Source of the DNA: Perkinsus olseni
Lineage: Eukaryota
Length of the DNA stretch: 64,000 nucleotides
Direction: 5' to 3'
Assembly (NCBI GenBank): GCA_013115125.1
Contig: JABANN010000095.1
Location: 1 to 64,000 of the forward strand
The notes beneath the pieces are model-generated. The model searched no databases, was not told the origin of the DNA, and saw only the letters and a list, made by a program, of their open reading frames with translations. The translations under genes were made by a program, and so were the position numbers. Shown here piece by piece: positions 36,481 through 53,118 of the stretch (the first letter of the stretch is position 1; each line of letters starts with the position of its first letter).

Positions 36481-36654
36481 ATGCGTTCGACTATGCTTGT
36501 GCTCGCTGTATCTATTATGGCGATATTTGCTGTTGAAGGGGATATGCTGCCAGGGGTTCGTGGTGACCCTCGCAGATTATTCAACAATCCCTGCTCATTC
36601 TGCGATAAAGAGTGTCATTGCGATAAGAACCATGAACATTGCCGATGCTATTGA
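36481..36654 (+). CDS. Small secreted cysteine-rich prepropeptide (57 aa)
   Basis: MRSTMLVLAVSIMAIFAVEG (signal-like) + DMLPGVRGDPRR + LFNNPCSFCDKECHCDKNHEHCRCY* with six Cys. Confidence 0.65.
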   Translation: MRSTMLVLAVSIMAIFAVEGDMLPGVRGDPRRLFNNPCSFCDKECHCDKNHEHCRCY

Positions 36655-37404
36655 AGACGTCAGCATCTGCTGTCTTCTATTTTCAATCAACCCTTCGGTC
36701 ACTGCGGGTCGATTTTCCTCTTTTTGTCGGCGGTTAACCGATTCGGACGAGCAACTGGTGAGGAGTGAGTTGATGCCCCAAGAGGATTGATGCGTTCGTG
36801 TACCATTAATGTTGTTGATCTATCATCATTATTATCAACAATACCCTTGAGGCAATTATGAGATATAGGTCTTTAGTATTCACGGTCTGCTGAGCTCGCA
36901 TGCTGTCGCTGGCGTGCGTACTTTGCCGAACCGTGACCGTAGTCTGCTCAACCGTCAGTCCATTACAGGACAATCTAGAGCGCTTGACAATCTCAACAAC
37001 TTTTTTCAACTCGAGGATAATGAGAACAGTAACTTTTCCCTCTAGTCCGCCTTGTGTTCAGTCTAGGGCTGCCTACGAGCGTTGCATCACCACTAACAGT
37101 AAACTCCGATGTTTCGCTGCCAACACGACAGCACGGAGAGAAGCACCTCAGCTAGCCTCCGCTTATGATGGTGCTGACTCTCCACCGGCACTTACAGACT
37201 CACTCCGTACCAAATGCCTGAAGGATGTCGCAGGTTCGAACCCCGGATGATGTATTTGCTTTTCACGTTCTCGTTGTGAAGTCGTACAATCTCCCTCCTC
37301 TGGGAATGCAGATAAATTCTAAAGAACTAGCAACAAACTCTACTCCTTTAAGCGTGAAAAACGCAGTAGTGTTGACATATGAAAAACGGCAGAGCCGCTG
37401 CCGG

Positions 37405-40400
37405 TCATGCCTCCTCATCTCGTTCCGCCTTCACCTTCGTGATCAACTCCTGAACCTGTCCCCAATAGTCGGCCCATTCCGGTATAATTCGACGAGCCAT
37501 GTCCGTCTTGGGCTCCTTCGTCAGTGGATTCTGGCACAGGTCGATGGTCTTAGCAGTTTCCTTCGCCTCCTCGCCGCACCAGGTCTCGCACCACAACCAG
37601 TCGGCAGGCAGGGAGTGTATAGGGATCTGATGCTGGGCGTAATTAGGGAGATCCTGATCTAGGTTGGCCAGCGAGGCCGGGTCCTGCGAGAGCTGATTGT
37701 AGACAGCTCTGAGCGTGTCCCCAGCGCCCGTCTTTCTGAACTTCGCCAAGTCGACCACGAAGAGGGCCGAGATGTGATAAGGTCGGCCGGCCAAGTGGTT
37801 CTTCCAGTAGCCTTGTTTCCAAAACCTGAACCCTTCAGTGGATGGGTTCGTGTCGCCCATCGGCGTGAAGCCGTAGACCTTGCCGCCCAAGTCCATGTCC
37901 CACAGCTCCCTCACGTCAGCCCTGACCACCTGGTCAGCGTCGATGAAGATGATACGATCGACGCTCGGCGGGAAAATAACGTCCAAAAATAAGATCTTGT
38001 AGGCCCAGATCAGCCGCTGCTTCTCCGACTGAGGATTCAACCAGCTCGGCCACTTGTACGTCACAAAGCGGTACTCGAAGTCGTACTCGTCCGCCAGCCG
38101 CGGAATGAACTCCCTGAACTGGGGCGAAAGGAACTGGTCAATAAACCAGAAACACAGCCGGCTGGTCGTGTGGTTCCGCACAGAGAGAACCATTATAGCC
38201 AGCAGTTGCTCATACAGGTGACCCGAGGCGACCGTGAAAATGTGGATCGGCCCGTCATCGCTCTTGTCGTCCTCTTGCTGCTCATAAATCAGCTCACGGG
38301 CCTTGCCAGGTCTCAACCTCAGCTTCACCGGGTAGGCGGGCATAAGAAATTTATTGACATGAACGACGTTGGCGCCCATCGCCTCATAGACGCTCTCTCC
38401 CACAGTGTTGGGCTTCAGTCTGATATCGTACCGTCCTGGGTTGGCATAAAGTTGATAGTAGCCGAGATTGCGCATGACCCAGGTCTCGGCTAGGGGCTGG
38501 TCCTGGGCCACGAGCTGAAGCTGGGCGCCGTCCGCTGGTCCTCGCGGATGACCATTCTCGTCGACGTCGTACGACTGCCCTTCAATGTACAGCTGCTTCA
38601 AGACGTACCTGACGAAGGGAACACCGTCACGCGCCACGAAATTAACAGGGATCGGCCTACTGCGCTTCGACCCTTTCCGGATCGACCGGAGTGAGTCTGA
38701 TGTTGTCCATGTCCGCCTCTCCTCGCAAGCTGCTAACCTGCCAGTTGGGCAGGACCTCTAGGCCCAGAGTGAGAGTGTTCCTCGTCGGCGTGAGATTGAA
38801 CTCAGCCCAAGCAGCGGCCGCCTCCTCAGCAACACCCGTCGCCATCACCGTTCGATGCCAGCCCTTCAGTGGGTACTCCGAGTACTTCTCCTGCGGGGCC
38901 AGAACCAGGCGAGCGCCGAAGCCGTCCAGGGCAGCGGACATGTGGCTGATGGTCGACAGGGCGCTTCTGCCAGCATCAGTGAGAGGGTCAACACTCGCAA
39001 CGATCTCAGCAATCATATGACCGCGCGCCGCTAAATTGAAGCCGGCGAGAGGTGCCTTCTCAAAGGCTTTCTCGAGGCCTTCCTCCATCATCTCCCTGTG
39101 AGGGTTCTCCGAGGCAGCCACCGTCTGCATCAGGCTTAACGCCACAGTACAGGCCAGGGAGTCCAACCCGCCGCACTCGACCTGCTGAGCGGTCTGTCTG
39201 ACAGCGAACGGGGCCAGAAGGGAATCTAGCAGGTCGTCCAGGATGGGCTTAGCTTCGGCGACGTCGAGTTCGGTCCTCCGACCGTTCATGACCAGGACGA
39301 CGCCTCGGCTGTTCTCGGCACGAGCGGACCGTGCCAAGCGGGCAGCCGCCTCTTCAACGTCGGGGCCCACTGCGGACATCTTGCTACACTTGCTATTCTT
39401 GAAGTTCCTCAACGCCTCTAAAGTATGAGCACAGCCAAGCAGCCTGGCATTGACTTCAGGGTTAGTGGCAATCACCGTGAAAATCGTGCCCGGTCGTCCC
39501 TCCAGCACTTCCGCCATCCTCTTCACAATCACGAGCTTTTCTTCCAACTCCTCCAAGCCACCACCAACGGCCACGAGAACGTGCAGTGGCGCCGCTGGGC
39601 CCTCCGAGGTCGTCGGAGCTTCGAGATTCGTCACGCGCCTCAAAGCTTCGATGGGAAGACGGACGAGGTCAGCCAGGTCATCGTCGAAGAGCGCCGGATG
39701 ATAGACAGAAGACAGAAAGTCCACGCTCTTTTCCGGAAAAATGAGTTCTCTGATGACATCAGTGACCTCGCCATCATCATCTTCCTCAGAATCCCAGTCG
39801 ACCTCCTCCTCGCCCTTGTTCTCCTTTTTCTGCTTTTCAACCAGCTTTGTATACCAGGCTGTCCCCAAGGCCCCAAAGTCCTCATTAATGAACAGCGCCA
39901 TATCGCCAAGGTCGCCGCTGACTCTGCCGTTAACAACCACGCTGGGGAAAGGCAGTCCCTTGGCGGCCGCCCAGGCCTGACCCTTCTTGACGACCTGCGA
40001 GACCTCCCCTCCACTCGGTGGCAAGGCCTCCAGCAGAACGTCCTCGCAGACACGCTCGATCGCGTCCACTGACAGAACTTCGTCTTCCTCAGAGTTGGCC
40101 GCCCTCACCAACGCTTGGAGGAACTGCCGTACTTTTTTCAGCTCTTTTTTTCGACCGCTACCGTAGAGCTCACTGAAGCACTCAGCCGCCCTTGCCCCTG
40201 CCTGAGTGGCCGTGCTCGGCACGAGGGCAATCCTAGCCGGAAACGGCTGAACTAAGAGCTTACCAACCGTCTCAAGAACCTGCTGACGGTCAGCCAGGTC
40301 GATCAAAAAGATAATGTCAAAAACGACTCGTCTTAGCGGAGCGATGCCCCTCTGGCCCATCATCATCATCTGCACTAACACGTCCAATTCCTCCGACCAC

Positions 40401-41945
40401 CTGCTGGCCTGCGGGTCCCTGAGCACGTTATAGACGTAGACCGGGCCCACTCCCCCGTCTCCCTTCCACTCCATGCGACTCGCCATCGGCAACCTAGTGG
40501 CGTTCCGAACCATTCGGGCGGCCTCGGACTCCTCCAGGCCAAGACCAGCGAGCTCCTCCACAGCCAAATAAATGGGAAGCAGCTTGTCGATGAGGGGGTG
40601 CAGAGTGACCATCTTCTCGTCGATCACGTCGCCCGAACCCAGCACGTACACCGACCCGCTCTGCGTTAACCCCTGGGCGACCTCGGATACCTGCTCCTCC
40701 ACGCCCTTGGCCACCGTCGCCTGGCTCAACTCCACCACCCTGGCCGGGAAGTCCTCGAGCATCTTCACCATCCGAGGAAGATCTCCTCGGGCAGCCTCCA
40801 AAAGCTGGGCTCCGATGGAAGTCAGCTCCCACGCTTTCAGCTTGCGATCTGCCGAGCTCAAAATTTTTTCCGATTTCAGATTTGCCTTCGCCCTCGTGAA
40901 GTCAACCTCGGGGAATCTTTCCTGCAACCTGGTCCAACACACGCCAACCTCACCACAGCCAGTTCCCTGGTGAGCTGAGCCAGCCGCTTCCACATCCTCG
41001 CCCTCATCAGCTGAGGCCTTGTACTCAGAGTTCTTGATCGTCAGCCCAGCGCCGTAGCCCGAGATGAGCTCCCTAGGTTGAACCGTGAAGTCGCCCGGTC
41101 CATCGCCATGGCGAAATACGACACGGCAATCGATGCAGCATCCGGTCGTCAAGCTTCTGAGGGCGGCTGTTGTAGTAAGGCTCTTGGCTTCTCCGTAAAC
41201 CAGAACTGTCGTCCCTAAAGAAAAGCGACTTCGCCGGGAATCGAACCTTCGCGAGAATTGGTGATGACGCCTAACAACGCAGTAGACCGAGAAAAGCCTC
41301 GACGATGGCCGCTAAGAAAGCCCCGCAGTGCCTACGCGTTGTCTACATAACACAATCGGGCTGTACTCATACTAGCATTATCAATTCCCATTCTTCCAAC
41401 TATTTCCTATCTGCTCTATCTCGTTCACTATGAGCCCGATCTACTCTTAACTACTACATTCCCCACAACGTAATGGTGCACCTACCTCCAGCAGCTCCCT
41501 CCTGTACCTCAACACCGAAGTCCTCAGTACTGCTATTGCCAGCCTTAGTGACCACGCAGACGCCCTTGGAAAGACACCCTTCCTTCAGACCCTCACCAGC
41601 CACCTCCACCACGACCAAGGCTTCCTCTTGGCACCCTCGACCGACTACCCGAGCGAACGATCGATGGTACTCCACCATCGGCGAGAAGTACTTGTTCAGA
41701 ACGGTAAACTTCATCAGGGATTTAACGCTTCGAGTGGTCAACAAAGATTCCGCCGTCTTATCACTTAAAAGATACTGTCGGGCCTGGTCGCCACTCAGAT
41801 GGGATAAGAACTCGAGCTCTTGAGAAGCCGGCGCCACTGCAGGCCAGGGCGACTGCAACGACACCGACACTGTGTGGGCGCTTGACAGATGTGCGCAGTG
41901 GTAGAACAGCGTCAAGAACGACGAGAGGACGATGAGCATGCTCAT
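37405..41945 (-). CDS. UGGT: UDP-glucose:glycoprotein glucosyltransferase (GT24), 3 exons
   Basis: Signal peptide and VSVSLQSPW; SGYGAGLTIKNSEYKA; VMRNLGYYQLYANPG; IHIFTVASGHLYE; YKWPSWL...EKQRLIWAYKILFLDVIFP; FIDADQVVRAD; LANLDQDLPN; WLWCETWC; KTIDLCQNPLTKEPK. Introns at 41215-41485 and ~38609-38660. Confidence 0.95.
41226..41298 (-). other. tRNA-like element at the 3' end of UGGT intron 1
   Basis: GGCTTTTCTCGGTCTACTG...GAAGGTTCGATTCCCGGCGAAGTC: B-box GGTTCGATTCC and acceptor-like stem GGCTTT/GAAGTC, then GCTTTTCTTTAG (3' splice site). Confidence 0.5.
41340..41480 (-). repeat. 141-bp intronic element, copy 2 (UGGT intron 1)
   Basis: 95% identical to 9614-9754; begins 5 nt after the start of the intron (GTAGG|TGCACC). 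Confidence 0.9.
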
Positions 41946-42213
41946 AAAAACACTAAGATTTGTGGGGGATGGCCGGAAATCGGCCAGGTGACCACGGCCG
42001 AGCGCCCAGAGTTAGCATAGGCTAGGTTCCGCATGGCCACGATCTAGCTGGTCGCCCTCGATCAATCGGTCGGTTACACAGACTCGTACCACCGCCTCCT
42101 GCAGAGTAACACGACACTACAGGAGAGGGTACTCATAGGAAGCCTATTGAAAAGGCGAGTGAGAAGTTAAACCAAAAAAGCGTTCGAAGAACCGGGTTGA
42201 TAACGACGATGCT

Positions 42214-45200
42214 CTACAAGCGCAGCTCCGCCTTGAGCTCAGCAGCGACCCGCTTCATCTGCTCCATCGTCCCCGCGGTGATGCGGATGAAGCCTGGGAA
42301 CCGACCGTGGATGTCCCTGAGAGAATATGATGACTCGAGTGCAAGGGAGTCATGAATTTGCATTAGATGACAAGGGGAGATGGGAAAGTGAGTTTGGCCC
42401 GCGGTCAACGGACTTCATGACACTGTCAGACGAGAAGGAAAGAGATAGGTCTCAGAAGAGAATTTACACTGAGATGAGGAGAGGGCTGAGAAATAAAAAG
42501 CCAGAAAACTCGGAGAGATGGCCCGACCGGGATTCGAACCTGCGACCCAGCCTACAGAACCCACCTCATAAAAATGTCTCTCTTTGTCATCCTCTCCACT
42601 ACTTCTACAGGTGAGATTCCCGGCGGCATCTTAACGCACAGGAAATTGCCCCCGCCAGCTCTCGCCTGGAGACCAGCCGCCCGAAGATCTCCCACCAGCC
42701 AGTCCCGAGCATCGCAGACTTCCTTCGCGTAGCTCATGTAGAAGTCGCGATTTCTCAAAGCTTCCGACGCAGCGAGCTGAGCCAGCATATTCACCGACTT
42801 GCTGTTGTACAATTTCTTCATCTCTGAGAACACCAACATACCAGCTAGAATCAAGCTCCTCCTAATCACAAGTTCCACTCTTGTCAGAAATGTGACTCTA
42901 AATGGATTAACGGAGAGCGCCCTGATCAGCCGCGCCACGGACTACGGACAAACGCCCCTGTAGCACCTCCGACGGTATCTTCGTGAGCCATCAGGAAGCC
43001 AATGCGCATAGCAGCAAGGCCAAAGCATTTCGAGAACGTGCGTGTGACGATGAGGTTGGGTAGACTCTGGACAAGCTGGGCTGAGGACGGTAGCTTGGCG
43101 AACTCGTGGTAAGCCTCATCTGAGGAAAACAAACTTAAATCTCATCGCTCCGCTTCAAGCAAGGCCAGCCTCATTCGAGTTTGTATCATTACTAACGGCT
43201 GGCGCAGAAGGTCCATGACAAGTAGAAGAAGCCATGCCCACCTGCTATCATAATTCTCTGAGGATTCTCCTTGCAGAGGCTCTCTATAAAGCTTGGTTGC
43301 CACTCCGTACCTGTCGAGACCGGCATGCTCGGCTGTTCGGCGGCTTTCTGACACCGTTACTGCGGTGCGCCTCACCTGTGGGATTGTTGGGAGAAATTAG
43401 GTAGACGACTTTGGGATCGACCTCGGCGATCTTCGCTCTAAGTTCACCTGCAGCAGAAAAAAAACCTGTTGCGGGACGATAACCATTTTCAAGATTCACG
43501 ATGCCGCCGCCGCCGCCACTCATTCACGAAGTCTAGGACAGACCAGCCTTAGCGAACGCAACGCTCTCGGCAACGCATAGCTGACTCTCTTGCCGAGCTC
43601 TCAGCTGGTGCGACCCATCGTTAGCGTCTCAGGCAGGAGAACAGGTTCGCCGACGTCCATAGTTCATCATATTCTCGACGAATGAATCTCCGAGTTCACC
43701 CAGCAAAACATTAATTTCATATTTTCCGTTTAGAATTGCGTTTAAGCAGTGAATTCGGAATCTGTTATCCCCTCCCATGCGGATATAACAAGAGAGCATC
43801 TACCCTGCGAGGACTTCCACTCGCCTCGGTTACATGGAGCTCTCTAGTGGTCCAGGCAGATGATGACGGAGAACCATAGAGCCCATCTCCTCGGAGCCAT
43901 CAAACATGTTGTGAGCCCAGGACTCCGAGTCAAGGGCTATGGCAATAGTTCAAATCAATTCTGACCATCACAGCGAGCCCGCAGGCTCAAAGATATCATC
44001 TTTGACATCCGGTTCGTCGTTGCATTGCAACAGGATAAGTCGAGTGAATCAGGGTGCTCAGCAGATAATGAGGCAGATATACGCGCCGACAGCCGGAATG
44101 GCCCGCCTGTCCGATCGACGGGAGCGGCTCTTCTCGTATCCTTCCAAGACCGACTTGGCACCAGAATCTTCGCTAGGTTCGCTCCGTCAAAGCCCGGGCT
44201 CTAGGTTCCGCAGAAGACTTGAGCTGAAAACCTCTCCCGCGGGAGTGGGAGATTTTCTGAACTCTTCCTCTCCCTGGTTGCTTGCCTGGGGCACAACCAC
44301 TACTATTAACGACCAAGACGCGTGAGCTCAAGTCGGCTCTATGGAAGCGGCAGCTGCGACCGACCCTTGTCGTGTCGCAGACGCGCACGCCATTGTTTGA
44401 GAGATCGCCTTCTGCTACAGTAGGCTTAAGCGATCTACCATTGATCTGTCCATGCGTCATTTCGATTAACGTCTCCAGTATCCTGGCTCGCGTTCCCTGG
44501 ATTACACCCAGCAGTAAGATTTAGTGACCACAAGGAATCGACGACAAAGGCCAGCGTCTGGAGCCTGATATACCCATGCCTACTTTCGTCGTTGTGAAAC
44601 GGGTCTTTCAACTCCATCTTGACGTGCTGTGCGTGACAGCCTTCAATGAAAATTCCGACCTATCATGGAGAGATGGGGGAACACGTACGAGGGCTGGAGA
44701 AGCGATCAGCTGTTATACCGATGAGAATGACAAGATCGAACGGGTTATTCACTAAACCACCTCCCGCTTTCCTGCGATTTCAATCTGTTTCAATCACTCG
44801 CGAGCCACATAACATGTCTCTACACTCCTCGCAGCGACTTTCGAGAATCAGCTCAAAGACTAGGAGCATCGGTAATCGTTTGCGGCCGAGAAGCGAAAGG
44901 TGCAACAACTCACCTGCGGATAACTGGGCTGAGGGACCAACGCCTTGTCTCCCGGCGCAAGAAAGGTATCCATGATGAGACGAAGACCGTCGTCGCTGAG
45001 CATCGGAATTGAAAAGCACCACCAAAATCGTTCTTTCACCTTCCATTGTTGATCAGAATATGTTTCTTGTCCAGATCGACATGCCTAGTGATGTCCTCTA
45101 GACACGCTTCGCCGAACAGATGTGGGTACCACGGCAACGTCAGGCGACCATCTTGTGCGTTCAGAAACGATACCAGTCGATTGGTGACGGCTGGAGGGGG

Positions 45201-45631
45201 CGGAATGGTGGCCTAGACAACAACAATACGGACACGAGCGTCCAAGCCGCAACTAACGCGAGGGTAAGCTCAGCTACAGGCAAGATTGATCCTAGAGAGG
45301 CTCTCCAAGAGAGCCCATGGTCCGGCGGTACCATATTTTTCCCAGAAATAGATGGATTGACTAAATTATCGAGTATAATCGGAAGTCGAGTGGCTCTATG
45401 AAAACAGCTGTATTGCAGCAGCCACGCAGATGGCCTTGTTGGTCGGGATCGCCTCCCAACAGTCACCTCGTTATAATCCAGTTTCAATGCCCCCTTCAAG
45501 TCCTTGCTGTCCCTCAAGACTTGATTTAGACTGTCTGGTGGAGAGTACACCTTCACGTGGGATAGCGGCGCGATCGGACGCGTGCCGCCGCCAGCAGTAG
45601 AAAAACCACGAATAATGCCACGACTCAACAT
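42214..45631 (-). CDS. hisC: Histidinol-phosphate aminotransferase-like PLP enzyme (class I/II), 9 inferred exons
   Basis: Reconstructed exons: LKLDYNE|ATIPPP..WYP..ILINNGS|DDGLRLI..PGD..PSY|..|VVYLISPNNPTG|..IADEAYHEF..VTRTFSKCFGLAAMRIG|..GGNFL..|FIRITAGT. The PLP lysine is in TFSK. Confidence 0.9.
42519..42562 (-). other. tRNA 3'-half-like sequence immediately after a 5' splice site (last intron of the HisC-like gene)
   Basis: AG|GTGGGTTCTGTAGGCTGGGTCGCAGGTTCGAATCCCGGTCGGGCCA with consensus B-box GGTTCGAATCC. Confidence 0.6.
43939..44545 (+). mobile_element. Decayed LINE apurinic-like endonuclease (APE) domain, antisense within the 1.1-kb HisC-like intron (43448-44583)
   Basis: APE motifs in order across frameshifts: IVQIN.DH (43945), VVALQ (44016), GAALLV (44121), PWLLA (~44270), STIDL (44434), SDH (44523). 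Confidence 0.75.
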
Positions 45632-46125
45632 AATATACCAAGACAACTGAAAGGAGATCCTGGAGTAATTACTACATCACCGGCTACCACGCCCTCGGAC
45701 CGCCAGGCTGACGAAGCTTCAAATGCAATTCTCAGCGGCCTGCATACACTCAGGATAGATCTACCGGCGTCGACCAAGCAACTCTGACTCGAACGAGGCA
45801 CTACATTACTCAGGTGAAACGAACGAGTCAACAGATCGATGGAAAACGAGGGAAACCATTCTCAGTAGTAACTCTCATGAACTTATACTCTGAATTCTGA
45901 CGAGGAACCGCCGTAAACTCAAGATGACCTTACCCTAGCCCTAGATCGAACCTCAGTCTCCAAGTAAGCAACGCACCATTTACCCGAACTTGAACGCAAA
46001 GCGTGGCCATCACTAGCCTAAGACTAACATACGCCGCTCTCCCATACACAAAAAAATGACATTACTATTGTAGCATGACAGAAAAGGATACTGGCCGCAG
46101 GTCCCAGGTTCTATCCCCGGGCCCT

Positions 46126-47790
46126 CTATTTCTTAGCAACAGCTTGGCCGCCTGACGTTCCCAAGCCCATCATGGTCTTCCAAGCATCGTAGATGTACCA
46201 CTGAAGGCCAGTCAAAGTACCGATCATGATGATACGGGTACCTGGCCAAACAACACAATGACTGCGATGAATGGAACGTATCATAGGTCCAAGCTGGGAA
46301 GATACAGAAAAGCTCGACCTTTTTCGTTTCGATCTGCGCAAAGAATTGTCACGTCACCCCAGGCTACCCAGTCCCTTCATAAAGAGATTCTTCAAGCCTT
46401 GCTCGGACGCCATCTGACCGAAGCTCTTCCCTTGGTTCCCAACCTTGCCTGCCAACACACGACCTATCCTCACCAACTCCCTCCCCCTCCCTACCCATCT
46501 GAGACACAAGGTTGTCCGCCGGCTGGGACACGATGGCACAGAAAACACCGGCGATGTAACCCGAGGCGAAGGTGATGCCGAGCTGTGTGCCCTTAGAGTA
46601 AGAGTCTCTAGGGTTCGTGAAAACGTGTCTGTAGAACTTCTCAACACAGTACTCGAACCCGACGAACTTGGCGACTGTGTACCTGACATCCACCGCTGCC
46701 TGGCAGGAACGGGACGTTAGCGACTCCTCGAGAGAGACGACACCGAGAGAGGATACTGCTTTCCGCGCTACCCCACACTGGGTGGCGGAGCCGGTCGCGC
46801 GCACGGAGGAAGAAAAAAGACGATTGGAAAAGAGAATCTTGATACTACGATGGTAACTCATAGGTTAACCTATCGCCTAAAGATACCCCTGATAACAAAG
46901 AATGAAGACTTACGGTATCTGTCTCGACCACAGCGGCACAACACTTCCGAAGGGGAATCTCGTCTCCGCCCTAGTAGCGTTCATTTGCTGCAGTGCCGCG
47001 CCAAAACTGGTCGGGAAAGTGCCCGGTGGGGACGTCTGGACCTTCACTTTCACCATCTCCATTGGGCACAGAGCGATGTCGGCGAAGAACTCGGCCGAAG
47101 CGCTGGCACCCGCCCACACGAAAGCTCGGTACCTACGAGAGGGCTGTACCGAGGACAGCGGAGAAAGGAGAGATTTACGCCAGGGGCCACACTGTGGAAC
47201 GACGGGGTAGCAGAAATCAACCCTACACAGGCATCCCAACAATTTATGATACTTTCACATGTATAATAGATAATTATCGCAACAGCAGCCGTCCTCATCC
47301 GAGCTCACTTGGTAGCGTTCTGTTCTCCGAGCATGTTGGCGTAGAGATCCTTGAAGACCTCATTCAGGCCGAACTTGAACATGCCCTGGAAGTGGTACCC
47401 AATACAAGTAGGCTCCCAACCCTTGATCAGCATCCTGGCACCTGATCACAAAAATCGCAATAAAAACACGCTTCGCTCCGCCAGAGACTCTCCACCGCGA
47501 CTCACCTTCCTCCGCTGCGATGGTGCGAACACCAGAGATCAGGCTACGATACTTGGAAGGATTAACCTGAGGCCCTCGAAAGTTGGGAAAAAGTTGGTAT
47601 GAACCCTGCACGCATGCGCAAGACTCACCTGCATGTTGCACTTGACCACATCAAGAGGAGTAACGGCAGTGTGGGTGAGTCCGCAGGCCAGGGCCCCTCC
47701 AGCCAGGCACTTGGCATAGTAAGAGTTGGTATGGGGTATTGCGGGGTTGGCAAAACGAGCATCCCAACCCTTCTGAGCGGCAGCTGGCAT
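46126..47790 (-). CDS. Mitochondrial phosphate carrier (SLC25A3/Mir1/Pic2 family), multi-exon
   Basis: YYAKCLAGGALACGLTHTAVTPLDVVKCNMQ; GYHFQGMFKFG; SASAEFFADIALCPMEMVKVKVQT; PLWSRQIP|YTVAKF; AGVFCAIVSQPADNLVS; RIIMIGTLTGLQWYIYD. Confidence 0.95.
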
Positions 47791-48696
47791 ACCGAGTGTC
47801 GGGAAAGGGTAGAAAAATGGTAAGCTTGGGAGCAAAGAACGAATTCGGTTTGTGCAACCCGAGGCCGTCAAGTCGCTACGAAGGCCCTCAGAGGGTCATT
47901 CTGGAGACTTCATTCTACTCGCCCGATATGGTGGGTTGCACGAGTCACAGCTACTATAAGAAAGCACAATCGTTGCTCATTCAGAGGTAACACAACGCCA
48001 GAGACAAAAGCGCGCGCCCGATAGTGAAACAACGGGGTTGGCTCGATTTTCACTCCTTGAATGCGATCCCAGAATGTATTCTGAAATTCAGAATTAACTC
48101 TCTCAACAACCCGACCATGGTTGAATTCTCACACTGAGCGACTCTCGGAACTAGGTGGGATTCCAAACGGCCTAACGAGTGACGGGGGAAGGTACGAAAA
48201 TGATGAGTTTGGAAGCGAGAGATGAAGCCCGAACCAGCCAGTCGAACAGCGGGCCCGCATGCAGGCCATTAGAAAACACTAAGTCTCAAACGCTAAATCC
48301 GTCGCTCAAAATCGATTCAGAAATTGATTTTCACACGTAGAATTCGATCCTGGGTTCAACAATCGGTCAATCAAAAATCCCCCACAATGAATGTGCAAGC
48401 ATAGCAACCGATCCGGCAGAAGCGCGCGCCCAACGATGGAGCCACCACCACCACCCCTGGCTGTGCCTGGGAAAGCTTTCTCAAGACACAACTTATCGGC
48501 AGACCTCTACTCCTACACCCTCCTCCCTCCTATTCCCTTCGAGACCGACCAATGGGACGGCGTCGAGCGAGCACTCCGATGATTAGATGAGCGCAACAGC
48601 ACTGTAGACAACAGAGAAAACCGTTTACACGCGCCGAAGATGAGGAAAGAGCAATTGTACACGATGACGGGTATACGTTCTGATGTGCTGCCGCCC

Positions 48697-53118
<4,422 letters not shown>

